This document shows positions 21,434 to 31,966 of a stretch of DNA of 64,000 nucleotides, in pieces; position 1 is the first letter of the stretch; each line of letters opens with the position of its first letter. The DNA comes from Rhynchopus sp. YZ270_cl-10. Taxonomy: Eukaryota. The DNA lies in assembly GCA_964035575.1 (NCBI GenBank), contig OZ037835.1:620001-684000 (forward strand), given 5' to 3'. The translations under genes and the position numbers were made by a program. Below the pieces are notes generated by a model. The model was not told the DNA's origin and made no database searches. It worked only from the letters and a program-made list of their open reading frames with translations.

Positions 21434-22631
21434 GAAAGTGGTTCATATACCACATATGCCCCATATGACTGCTAAAAGTGGTTCTTATTCCCCATATGTC
21501 TGCGAAAAGTGGATCTTATACCACATATGCCTGCGAAAAGTGGATCTTATACCCCATATGTCTGCGAAAAGTGGATCTTATACCCCATATGCCTGCGAAA
21601 AGTGGTTCTTATACCACATATGCCTGCGAAAAGTGGTTCTTATACCACATATGCCTGCGAAAAGTGGTTCTTATACCACATAGGCCTGCGAAAAGTGGAT
21701 CTTATACCCCATATGCCTGCGAAAAGTGGTTCTTATACCACATATGCCTGCGAAAAGTGGTTCTTATACCACATATGCCTGCGAAAAGTGGTTCTTATAC
21801 CACATATGCCTGCGAAAAGTGGATCTTATACCCCATATGCCTGCGAAAAGTGGATCTTATACCCCATATGTCTGCGAAAAGTGGTTCTTATACCACATAT
21901 GCCTGCGAAAAGTGGATCTTATACCACATATGCCTGCGAAAAGTGGATCTTATACCCCATATGTCTGCGAAAAGTGGTTCTTATACCACATATGCCTGCG
22001 AAAAATGGATCTTATACCCCATATGCCTGCGAAAAGTGGATCTTATACCCCATATGTCTGCGAAAAGTGGTTCTTATACCCCATATGCCTGCGAAAAGTG
22101 GATCTTATACCCCATATGCCTGCGAAAAGTGGTTCTTATACCCCATATGTCTGCGAAAAGTGGTTCTTATACCACATATGCCTGCGAAAAGTGGATCTTA
22201 TACCCCATATGCCTGCGAAAAGTGGATCTTATACCACATATGCCTGCGAAAAGTGGATCTTATACCCCATATGTCTGCGAAAAGTGGTTCTTATACCACA
22301 TATGCCTGCGAAAAGTGGATCTTATACCCCATATGCCTGCGAAAAGTGGTTCTTATACCACATATGCCTGCGAAAAGTGGATCTTATACCCCATATGTCT
22401 GCGAAAAGTGGTTCTTATACCACATATGCCTGCGAAAAGTGGATCTTATACCACATATGCCTGCGAAAAGTGGTTCTTATACCACATATGCCTGCGAAAA
22501 GTGGTTCTTATACCACATATGCCTGCGAAAAGTGGATCTTATACTCCATATGCCTGCGAAAAATGGATCTTATACCCCATATGCCTGCGAAAAGTGGATC
22601 TTATACCCCATATGCCACATATGCCTGCGAA
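21434..22631. repeat. 31-bp minisatellite, about 37 copies
   Basis: Unit GCGAAAAGTGG(A/T)TCTTATACC(A/C)CATATG(C/T)CT, head to tail with no spacers. Confidence 0.96.
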
Positions 22632-23481
22632 TCACGGCGTTCTTCTTCGTCGCGTCCCTCGTGTCGCGTTCACCCCTCCGAGCAAGCTCGAGAAGTGGCC
22701 CATCACCTCCCTCCTCAGCATGGACGGCTACACCCCGCGGAACTCCTTGCGTACGAGAAATGCGCGCTTTCGGATGGCTGTGTGCCTACAAGCCGAAGCC
22801 TACGGCACCAGCCCCCTCACCATCATCGATGTCCCGAAGTCGGCGTTCAAGGATATTGACCTGGACACGCTTCTCGCTGCATCGCAGCAGACGGTGTACC
22901 GTCTGGAGCAAGACGGGGGTATTGTGTTCCGGATCCGTTCCCATCTTCTCACTTCGTAACATGTCCTGTACTTCATTTTTTTTTTTTTTTTTTTTTTTTT
23001 TGAATAAATAAATAAAACTCCTCTCGAATTTGTTCAAGATGGAACTGAGAGAAAGAAGAAACCCCAAACCCTCCCAGACCAAACGGTCTAACCTGTTGTA
23101 TTGACATAGTGTGGGGGAGAATGAGGAGCACAAGAATCGTCTTCGCGCATACTAAAAGATTTCCTACGATATGTCACAAGTGTCATGTCACCGAAAAAAA
23201 AAGGAAAAAAAAGGGAAAAAAGAGAAAAAAAGATGAAAAAGATCTTGAAAATCTTTTTTTTCTCAAAAAAAAGATAAAAAAGATTTTTGGGATTTTGAAA
23301 AATCTTTTTGGGGAAAAAAAAAAAAAAGATTTTGAAAATCTTTTTTTTTTTTTTCAAAGATTTCTCAAGATCTCGAGATTTTTCATGAAATTTCATGGAT
23401 TTTTCCAGGATTTTTCAGGATTTTTTCAGGATTTTCCCAGGATTTTCAAATCTTTTCTCTTTTTTTTTTTCTCCCAAAAAT

Positions 23482-24229
23482 CAGGGCGTTCGCTATCGCC
23501 ATCGTTTTTTCCTGATCGTGGCGAAATGCCAAAAACCCCGAAATTTTCGTTTTTTTACTAGTGCTTAAAATAGGTCAAAAAAAATTTTCCCGCCGGAGAG
23601 AAGTTAGTTCGTGGGGTGAATCCCTGGTACTGAATGGTCAAAAAAAATTTGCGATTTGCGCGTGATCCCTTCCCCAGCACAAGTGATATTACAGCTGAAC
23701 TTTCCTGAAACTAAAACCAGCAAAACGATGGAGAATTTCATCAATCCCCCCTCACTGAGGGTCTCTTTGTGTTGTTTAATCAAACAGATGTACAAGAGAG
23801 GCATCTGTCATATGAGACTTCATCCTTATTTTGATTATTTTCAACTCTCTGCCGTTGAAAGTAGAGTTGACACGAGCAGTGACACCTTCTATAACAGGGG
23901 GTACGGTACACCTTCAGCAGACTGCAGGATTGAGGAGCGAGCGGGAGTGCTGGGGAAACTTCCTCTCACGGCAGGCGGGTTTGCGGATGATTTTGAGTAC
24001 AGTGGACACCCCTCTACGACCCCCCCTCCGGGGGGGTCTACAGGGTGGTGGGGAGAAATCTCTCTCTCTCTTTTTTTTTTTTTTTTCCCCCTTTTTTTAT
24101 TTATTTATTTATTTATACAGGGTTTCGCCCCGGTGGGGCGAAGCCCTGGGGCGAAATAAAATGTCATTTTTTCAGGAAAAGATTTTTTTAACGAAAAAAA
24201 ATATTTTTCGCCCCGGGGCGAACGCCCTG
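23482..24229. mobile_element. hAT-like non-autonomous element
   Basis: TIR CAGGGCGTTCGC/GCGAACGCCCTG; 8-bp TSD CCAAAAAT; the empty site CTCCCAAAAATCTT is present in the 25917-26420 copy. Confidence 0.9.
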
Positions 24230-24461
24230 CCAAAAATCTTTTTTTTTTTTTTTTTTTTCGGGAGAAGAGGATTTTTTTTCTCGAAAAAAAAAAAAAAAAA
24301 AAAGATCTTTCCCGACCCGTGAAAAAAAGAAAAGTTGAAAGTGAAAACTGAAAAATAATTGACTTGGAATACCTTCTCTCGTACAGTGTACGGAGGTGGA
24401 CCTCAACCCTACAGTCCTACATCCATTTCGTGGTTTACATCTGAAAAAATTATTTCATATA

Positions 24462-24598
24462 TGGTGCTCCTGAAAACCCCATTTTGCGTACTTGTTGCGT
24501 ACTTTGTGCACGAGAAAAAAAAATACAGGAATACCCTATATTGCGTACTTGTTCCGTACTTGTTGCGTACTTGGTATTTTTTTATTTCAGGAGCACCA
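24462..24598. mobile_element. 137-bp MITE with TG...CA ends
   Basis: TIR TGGTGCTCCTGAAA; ATATA flanks; internal TTGCGTACTTG repeats; inverted second copy at 62553-62680. Confidence 0.8.
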
Positions 24599-25916
24599 AT
24601 ATACTTTCTTTTCTAAACGAAAAGAAGCAAGCGAAAAATGTACCTGAAAAAGAAACCTTAGGGGTAATGACACACACGGTACGGCAGGAATGCGTCGTGT
24701 ATGTGTCTGGGCCAGGCACGTCTCCAGAATGAGGATGGGGAGTGATCTCAAGAGCGCGTCAAACGCTTTCAGGAAAGTCTGGCAGCGTCCTCAACTGGGT
24801 TTATTACATGAACCCAACAAGCACATATGTGCATCCTCAGTCCTTCAACAAACATGATCGAGCGACTCGTTACTCTTTGCTTGTTGCTTAAAAGACTATG
24901 AAACGGGGAGGGAAAAAATGAGGTTGTTTGTTGCTCGCTTCATGTGTTTTTTTTTTTTTTGCTTCAGACAAATTGGTGTTAGGAAATACCGCCCTAGGAA
25001 TGATTCTGGGGCGAAAACCATTTTGGGACAGAAATATTCTGAGGCGGAACAAAAACTGGGACAATCGAGGGGGGGGGGGGGGTAGGGGGTCCGACTCCCT
25101 AGTAAATGACCGTACAAAAAACTCATTATTAAACTTCTGGTCATCTCCAAGGCAACTGCGGGTGAAAAACACCCTCAGAGTGGGTCACAGGGGGCCTGTG
25201 GGTCGAAAAACGACCCAGAAGCCACCCCAGAATACCAAAAAATGGAAAAAAATAGTGAAAAAACGGCTTTTTTCAGGTTTTGGCCATGTTGGGCAAAACA
25301 GCGATTTTTCAAGAAAAAAACCAAAAAACGGCACATTTTTTGACATCACAAAGCCTCCTTTGGCACAAATATACCCCAAAAGTGGCCTGTGAGTCCATTC
25401 CAACCTGTTTTGGACATATTTGACACTTTTGGAAGTGTTTTTTTGGTGTTTTCACGCTGAAAAACACCCCCAAAAAATCCTTGGACGGTCCTTGGACAGC
25501 ACTGCCACCATTGCTCCGACCACATTCTCGGCCATATTTTTGCTTAAAACCCCCGAAAAAGGGCCCCCGGAACCCCAATCTTTCCAAATTTCCACCTCAT
25601 CCCCACCCAAACACCGCAAAAACACGACAGAAAATCGTCTTAAAAAACACACTTTTTTCAAAAAGGTCGTCAGGCAGGTTCCATAATGGACTTTTTAAAA
25701 AAAGTGTGTTTTTTAAGACGATTTTCTGTGGTGTTTTTGCGGTGTTTGGGTGGGGATGAGGTGGAAATTTGGAAAGATTGGGGTTCCGGGGGCCCTTTTT
25801 CGGGGGTTTTAAGCAAAAATATGGCCGAGAATGTGGTCGGAGCAATGGTGGCAGTGCTGTCCAAGGACCGTCCAAGGATTTTTTGGGGGTGTTTTTCAGC
25901 GTGAAAACACCAAAAA

Positions 25917-26420
25917 CACGGGTCGGGAAAGATCTTTTTTTTTTTTTTTTTTTTTCGAGAAAAAAAATCCTCTTCTCCCGAAAAAAAAAAAAAAAAAAAG
26001 ATTTTTGGGAGAAAAAAAAAAAGAGAAAAGATTTGAAAATCCTGGGAAAATCCTGAAAAAATCCTGAAAAATCCTGGAAAAATCCATGAAATTTCATGAA
26101 AAATCTCGAGATCTTGAGAAATCTTTGAAAAAAAAAAAAAAGATTTTCAAAATCTTTTTTTTTTTTTTCCCAAAAAGATTTTTCAAAATCCCAAAAATCT
26201 TTTTTATCTTTTTTTTGAAAAAAAAAAAGATTTTCAAGATCTTTTTCATCTTTTTTTCTCTTTTTTTCCTTTTTTTCCTTTTTTTTTCAGGATTTTTCAA
26301 AGATCTCAAAGATCTCGAGAGATCCTGAAAAAAAAAGACAAAAATCCTGAAAATCTTGATTTTTTTTTTTTTTCTCTCGAAAAAAGACAAAAAAAGACAA
26401 AAGATCTTTCCTAACCCGTG
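25917..26420. mobile_element. 504-bp AT-rich MITE (intact copy of the 17854-24321 family)
   Basis: TIR CACGGGT(C/T)(G/A)GGAAAGATCTTTT; 6-bp TSD CAAAAA, confirmed against the uninterrupted left arm of the palindrome. Confidence 0.9.
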
Positions 26421-26793
26421 CAAAAAAACACTTCCAAAAGTGTCAAATATGTCCAAAACAGGTTGGAATGGACTCACAGGCCACTTTTGGGGTATATTTG
26501 TGCCAAAGGAGGCTTTGTGATGTCAAAAAATGTGCCGTTTTTTGGTTTTTTTCTTGAAAAATCGCTGTTTTGCCCAACATGGCCAAAACCTGAAAAAAGC
26601 CGTTTTTTCACTATTTTTTTCCATTTTTTGGTATTCTGGGGTGGCTTCTGGGTCGTTTTTCGACCCACAGGCCCCCTGTGACCCACTCTGAGGGTGTTTT
26701 TCACCCGCAGTTGCCTTGGAGATGGCCAGAAATTTAAAAATGAGTTTTTTGTACGTTGGGTCCCAGCCAAAAACGGCTGAGTCGGACCCCCTA

Positions 26794-27032
26794 GGCATAG
26801 TGTGCAGACGAACAAAATGTTCGTCGATGTTCGTCGTGGGGGGGAAAAAAAATATTGTTCGTCGATGTTCGTCGTTGTTCGTCGATGTTCGTCGTTGTTC
26901 GTCGTGGGTTGCCCTTGTGGCAGGGACCTGTTCGTCGATGTTCGTCGATGTTCGTCGACGAACATCGACGAACAAAACCGACGAACATTTTGTTCGTCGA
27001 CGAACCAAAAATGTTCGTCTGCACACTATGCC
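26794..27032. mobile_element. MITE with (GTTCGTCGAT)n internal repeats
   Basis: TIR GGCATAGTGTGCAGACGAACA; flanked by TA (or CTAG). Confidence 0.85.
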
Positions 27033-27833
27033 TAGGGGGGGGGGGGGGGGGGGGGTTTTTTTTGGAGGTGTTTTGTTCCGTCCCAGAATAGTTCCTGGTA
27101 CGGTAATGCAATCCGAGAGGAGGCTTTTTTTTTTTTTTGGATCGAATGATCAGGGTATTAGGGTGAAAATCCAAAATTCCGGAAAAAACTGGTTTTTCTG
27201 GTTTTCTCTCCTGGGTGGCGAAAACTAGTTTTTCCGGCGAAAACCTCCACCGTTGACGGACACAGTCACCTTTTTCGGGTTTTTCGGGGGTGGGGTCCGT
27301 GTCTTATCCAGGAATCCAGATTTCAAGATTGGGGAGGTCAGCTTGTTTTTTGCTCAAAATATTTTTCGGCGCTGCTGACCATTGGGAACATAGGGACGGT
27401 ATATTTTTTTGCGGAGCAAAAATATAATATAAAATGGCGCCGCAGGCGAAAAATTTTGAGGGTACGTGTAAAAATGTAGCTTTTTACACCACAGAGCCAC
27501 TCAACGAACCCTTTTTTGCGGAGCAAAAAATGAAAAATGGCGCCGCAGGCAAAAAAAAAATCAAGGAACAGCCATTTCACAAATGCACTCCCGTGGTTCA
27601 ACCACGGTTCTACCAGGCGGGGAAAAAATGCAGGGAAAAAAATCGAGTCCGCCCTAATCTGGAAACGACATTTACAGAAAGGCCTGGTGAAAAGTGTCGG
27701 TTTTTTTTTCCCCTCCAGATTTCTCTGTTTTTTTTCAACTTACCTTCCTTCACCCCCCTGTAAGGGTAACCGTAGGTGAAGTAAGGTATAGTATTGAAAT
27801 CGATGTGGGGGGGGAGTAAAGGGTCAATATTAT

Positions 27834-28926
27834 GGGGCGTCCCGGGCACGGCGTAATTCAGGTGTAATGGGGTGTAATGGAGTGTAATGGAGGGAATTTA
27901 AACTTTTTGCTTTTTTTGCGCTTTCCCCCCGTTTTTTCAACACGAAAAGTCCAAAAAAGGTGACAACAAAAATTTTTTGGGCGAGTGGAGCAAAAAAAAA
28001 TTTGCCTGGCTGACCATTGCCGAAGGAATTTTGCACTTTTGACCACCACAGATTACACGTTGTTTTACGATTTTTTCTATGCACTTATGCGTACAGTGCC
28101 ACCGGTGTTAAATTTTTACTGGCGTGGCTACATAACCGATTCCCCATGTTTCTACCGTGTTTCTACACAGTACACAGTACACAGTACACAGTACACAGTA
28201 CACAGTACACAGTACACAGTACACAGTACACAGTACACAGTACACAGTACACAGTACACAGTACACAGTACACAGTACACAGTACACAGTACACAGTACA
28301 CAGTACACAGTACACAGTACACAGTACACAGTACACAGTACACAGTACACAGTACACAGTACACAGTACACAGTACACAGTACACAGTACACAGTACACA
28401 GTACACAGTACACAGTACACAGTACACAGTACACAGTACACAGTACACAGTACACAGTACACAGTACACAGTACACAGTACACAGTACACAGTACACAGT
28501 ACACAGTACACAGTACACAGTACACAGTACACAGTACACAGTACACAGTACACAGTACACAGCACTGTACAAGGCAAAAATGACCAAAACAGCTGATGTT
28601 TTGGCCGAATGCCACCCTATCAGGAATATTTTCATGTTTTCACACAAATTTTTTCTGGCCTCAATACCCCCAAACTACACGATTTTCGGTTCCGGCAAAT
28701 TTTTGGAGCACCAAATATCGCGAAAAAATTCAATTTTTTTGGTGTCGTCCGCACATCCCTTTAGCAAAGACCAAAACACCAAGGCGTTGTAATTCATGTG
28801 TAATGGGGTGTAATGGGGCGTAATGGGGTGTAAGTGGGTGTAAGTGGGTGTAAGTGGGTGTAATTCGGTGAAATGGGGTGAAAGTGTGCGTAAGTGGGTG
28901 TTAGTGTGGTACCGCCGGGACACCCC
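27834..28926. mobile_element. Putative nested TIR element carrying the second CACAGTA array
   Basis: GGGGCGTCCCGG vs CCGGGACACCCC; flanks ATATTAT/ATATTAC; TAATGGGGTG-type subterminal repeats; internal similarity to about 8605-8732. Confidence 0.55.
28164..28562. repeat. (CACAGTA)57 heptamer array
   Basis: 399-bp perfect tandem repeat. Confidence 0.97.
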
Positions 28927-29827
28927 ATATTACAAACCCGGATTTTGAGGAAAATTTTGGCCGAAAATGGGCCCCACGTATAAGCAACCGGGCTCATATT
29001 TCTCAAAATTTAAGTGGTCAAAAAATTGTCCAATTTTCGAGATTGACCCCACCACTGCACGGGCGGATCCCAAAAACGCAAATAAGGACCCTTTTTAATT
29101 TGTTCTCTTGAAATGTGTAATTTCAAGTTTTCTAGAAAAAAATAACAACTGATCCTACAAGGGTTGAAGGAAGGTGTGTGGAAAACAACAAAACAAGGAA
29201 TTGCTAAGAAAAAGAACGAGGTGTGCTGAGGGAAACTCCGCGCGATTTTCGAAACCAACATAGCAGCCTGGCGCTTTGCTGGGTGGTGCTGATGCGCATG
29301 GTGTGATCGACGACAGTTCGTCGTCTGTGTTCCTTGCGCACTCCTCCTCCGGCGACGATGAGTGGGAGGCTGTGGACGACAACGAGGTGGAACACGCCGA
29401 CCATCGATCGAGCAAATGGTGCTGGACGAAGAGGGGTCTGAGGATGACAGCCCCCGTTCTTGAACGTTTCAAGTGCAGGCGTCCCAGTGGTTGTGGCAGC
29501 GTTTTCGCATACCTGCAGAAGAGCAGAGTGTAGATTATTTCTACAGGGCAGTGTTCAGGAGTGTGTAACCACAGCACACCCCGTTTTTTTTCCGATAGCA
29601 ATTACTTGTTTTTTTTTGAAAACCAGTTTTTGGAAAAACTGGTTTTCAAAACCAGTTTTTTTAACCACCCTAATACCCTGGAATGATGGAATAACTGTGT
29701 GTAATTCGGAAATACATACTGTCTCTCTCTCTCTTTTCTGTTACTGTCCATTGTCTCTTTGCGACCGAAGAAAGGGGAGGGAAATAAACAAAGATCCCAG
29801 AGGGAAAAGAGCTTCCACTCCTCTGAC

Positions 29828-31966
29828 CTAGTACACACTGTCCCTGGCTGTGAGGGGGGCCACTTCGTAAAGGCCGGATCTGCCTTTGATCGGTTTGGTC
29901 ACGTTTTGGAGTGTGACCGGCAGTGTGGCGTGCTGTGGGGGCTCGTACAGACACCGCACACCCACACGAACCGCCTCGTCGCACAGCGCGGAGCTCCGGT
30001 GCACGGTCGCCCCCATGACAGTCACAAAGCGCTGCTTGCGTGCCCCGACCGTACCGTGCTGCACAGTGCCACTCACCACCGCCATCCCTGCAAGCGGAAC
30101 CCCAGACAGCGCACGCTGCGCAAAGCGGATCGCGTTCTCTGTGTGCGCCGGGGCAGACCGGGTGAGGTTCCACCCTACGTGGACACGGTTCCCTAGCATG
30201 GCGACAACAGTTCCACAACTCTGATCCAAGGCGACCGTGAGGGTGGAGAGGGCGTTGCTCATTGTCTGCATGACCGCAGTGTTGCCTTCTTCACCCACAT
30301 CCACCTCAAGCACCCCTAAGGTCGCTTCAAAGCACCGTGCAGGGGTGAGGGGGAAGCACGCAGACTCCGCTAGGGGAACCCCACCAAGGGAGTTGGTCGA
30401 GCTCGCCCGCGACGCGTTGCCTACAGAACTGCAGTTGGATATGTTGCGAGGCAGTTCAATGTTCAGTGTGTTGGCTGCCACCAGAGGGCGCTGCTTGCGC
30501 CCTGCCAGGGACAGCGGCCACACACAGCATACAAAGGTCGTCCCCGATACACCCTTCAAATCTAGAGCCTCAGAGGCACCTACAACAGCAGAGATCGCAC
30601 CGCACTCTGCAGACCATAGGTCTGTGCGTACTGCCACTGCGCCTGGTGTGCAGATGCTCTCAAGGCGTGACGCAACGTTGACAGTGTGTCCGAAGTAGTC
30701 GATTCTCCCGGTCAGTGTGCTCGAATCTATCGAGACCGGTCCGGAGTTGACACCAATGCGAACGGTGAGGCCGCACCACAGTGCGCCCTGCTTTGCGCAG
30801 ATCGGTGCGTTTTCGAGGAGAGAGGCGGGCCAGTCTGCTTCACGTAGAAGTTCGTGTACACGAAGGCCAAATTCGATACCGTGCTGGGTGGAGGAGAAGG
30901 CGACCATGAAGGCGTCGCCGATGGTTTTGACCTCATACCCGCCGAAGGAGAGCATGGTAGCGCGCATGATGGTATTGTGGATGCGGAGTGCTGCGTGCAT
31001 ACCGTCGGGGGCGTGCTGCCAGATCCATGTGGAGGAACGGATGTCCGTGAACACCACCGTCGCCACCTCGCTCACAACCCCCGGCGCGACTGACATATTC
31101 TGCGCTGTCTGTGTGTCCGCTTCATCAGCCTCCTCAAACAGCGCAGCAGGGAGGTACGGACGGTACTTCCTCAGGTTTCTCTCCATCTGTTTGAGAGATG
31201 CATGCATGCCCTGTGGAAGCTGTGTCTCCGAATCAAGCATGCGCGCCACACCCTCCACGTCGTACCCCGCAAGCAGACCCGCAATCTCCTGCACAACGTT
31301 GATGGTCCGCTCCATTGATGCCTGCTCTGCCGCAGCGTCGCGAGCAAAGCCTCGGGTGACAAGAAAGTCTATCGTCAGCATGGAGCACGATGAGATGAAG
31401 CTCTCCGGAAAGTCCACTGCGCATGGCAGCTCTTCGCAGTCCGTCAGCGCATCGAAGTACGCACGACGTCCATACTCACCCCCCTGCGGCCGCAGCCCAG
31501 GCAGATCCAACAAACCAAATCGAAACGTCTCTTCACATGCCATGATTGCAAACCAGATCACAGTGCAAACAACTACTGCAACAGGGTACATGGACGGCAC
31601 GTCCATGACAAGCATTAAGTCCAAAATGGCGACCTGGAGAGGCCAGTTCGGGGTCAGCACAGTACGCCCATTCAGGTCTGCAACGAGAACCACAAAGCTT
31701 AGAAGCATGAGCGAGTTTGCAACGAAGGCGGGTGGGAGAGCGCGTTTGCACAGCACCATGATGATGACCGTTGGGTAGAAGAATAAGATGCCCACATACC
31801 CGACAAGCATGATCTGCGACTCCATCTGCTGCTGCAACGTCAAGACCGTGCCAGAAAGGACAAACGGCAGCGCGACCACTGCGAAAAAAAAGAAGATGGT
31901 CCGTCGCTGCTGTGCCTTCTTCCCAAGCGTGTTGTCCATGGACAAAGCATCGTGTAGATACCCCAT
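29828..31966 (-). CDS. Multi-pass membrane adenylate cyclase with a degenerate second cyclase domain (712 aa)
   Basis: About 6 TM segments; motifs VVFTDIRSSTWIW, YEVKTIGDAFMV, VRIGVNSG and DYFGHTVNVASRLES are intact. Confidence 0.93.
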   Translation of the reverse strand: MGYLHDALSMDNTLGKKAQQRRTIFFFFAVVALPFVLSGTVLTLQQQMESQIMLVGYVGILFFYPTVIIMVLCKRALPPAFVANSLMLLSFVVLVADLNGRTVLTPNWPLQVAILDLMLVMDVPSMYPVAVVVCTVIWFAIMACEETFRFGLLDLPGLRPQGGEYGRRAYFDALTDCEELPCAVDFPESFISSCSMLTIDFLVTRGFARDAAAEQASMERTINVVQEIAGLLAGYDVEGVARMLDSETQLPQGMHASLKQMERNLRKYRPYLPAALFEEADEADTQTAQNMSVAPGVVSEVATVVFTDIRSSTWIWQHAPDGMHAALRIHNTIMRATMLSFGGYEVKTIGDAFMVAFSSTQHGIEFGLRVHELLREADWPASLLENAPICAKQGALWCGLTVRIGVNSGPVSIDSSTLTGRIDYFGHTVNVASRLESICTPGAVAVRTDLWSAECGAISAVVGASEALDLKGVSGTTFVCCVWPLSLAGRKQRPLVAANTLNIELPRNISNCSSVGNASRASSTNSLGGVPLAESACFPLTPARCFEATLGVLEVDVGEEGNTAVMQTMSNALSTLTVALDQSCGTVVAMLGNRVHVGWNLTRSAPAHTENAIRFAQRALSGVPLAGMAVVSGTVQHGTVGARKQRFVTVMGATVHRSSALCDEAVRVGVRCLYEPPQHATLPVTLQNVTKPIKGRSGLYEVAPLTARDSVY

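Larger units (their letters stand above)
17991..23192 (-). mobile_element. Non-autonomous split-direct-repeat element (tyrosine-recombinase retroelement architecture, PAT/Ngaro/TOC1-like)
   Basis: Repeat A (117 bp) at 17985-18101 = 18399-18515; repeat B (197 bp plus polyT) at 18186-18404 = 22976-23198. The minus-strand order is a1-body-b1-a2-spacer-b2. GAAAAA occurs at both ends and at the internal junction; the empty site is visible in the 25917-26420 MITE. Confidence 0.82.
17854..24321. mobile_element. AT-rich MITE (about 0.5 kb when empty) expanded by two nested insertions
   Basis: TIR CACGGGTC(A/G)GGAAAGATCTTTT; A6 flanks; an uninterrupted copy lies in the opposite orientation at 25917-26420. 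Confidence 0.88.
24989..27103. mobile_element. Foldback-type element: giant palindrome with two MITE insertions in the right arm
   Basis: About 25440-25665 is the reverse complement of 25691-25916, and about 25085-25440 of 26421-26793. Imperfect outer TIRs TA|CCG...CGG|TA. Confidence 0.75.
27151..29680. mobile_element. Non-autonomous TIR element (hAT/P-like ends), 7-bp TSD
   Basis: Perfect 15-bp TIR CAGGGTATTAGGGTG; GAATGAT on both flanks; subterminal AAAACTGGTTTT motifs at both ends. Confidence 0.85.

Noticed and set aside
21434..22631. CRISPR-like 31-bp repeat
   Set aside because: Units are head to tail with no unique spacers; no cas genes; eukaryotic context.
28795..28905. Telomere-like TAAGTGGGTG/TAATGGGGTG repeats (also about 7315-7370 and 9005-9080)
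   Set aside because: Degenerate 10-mers at subterminal positions of TIR elements; not TTAGGG arrays.
30237..31778. Long plus-strand ORFs antisense to cyclase genes (also 11228-12771, 42024-42758 and 62842-63690)
   Set aside because: Antisense shadows of GC-rich coding sequence.
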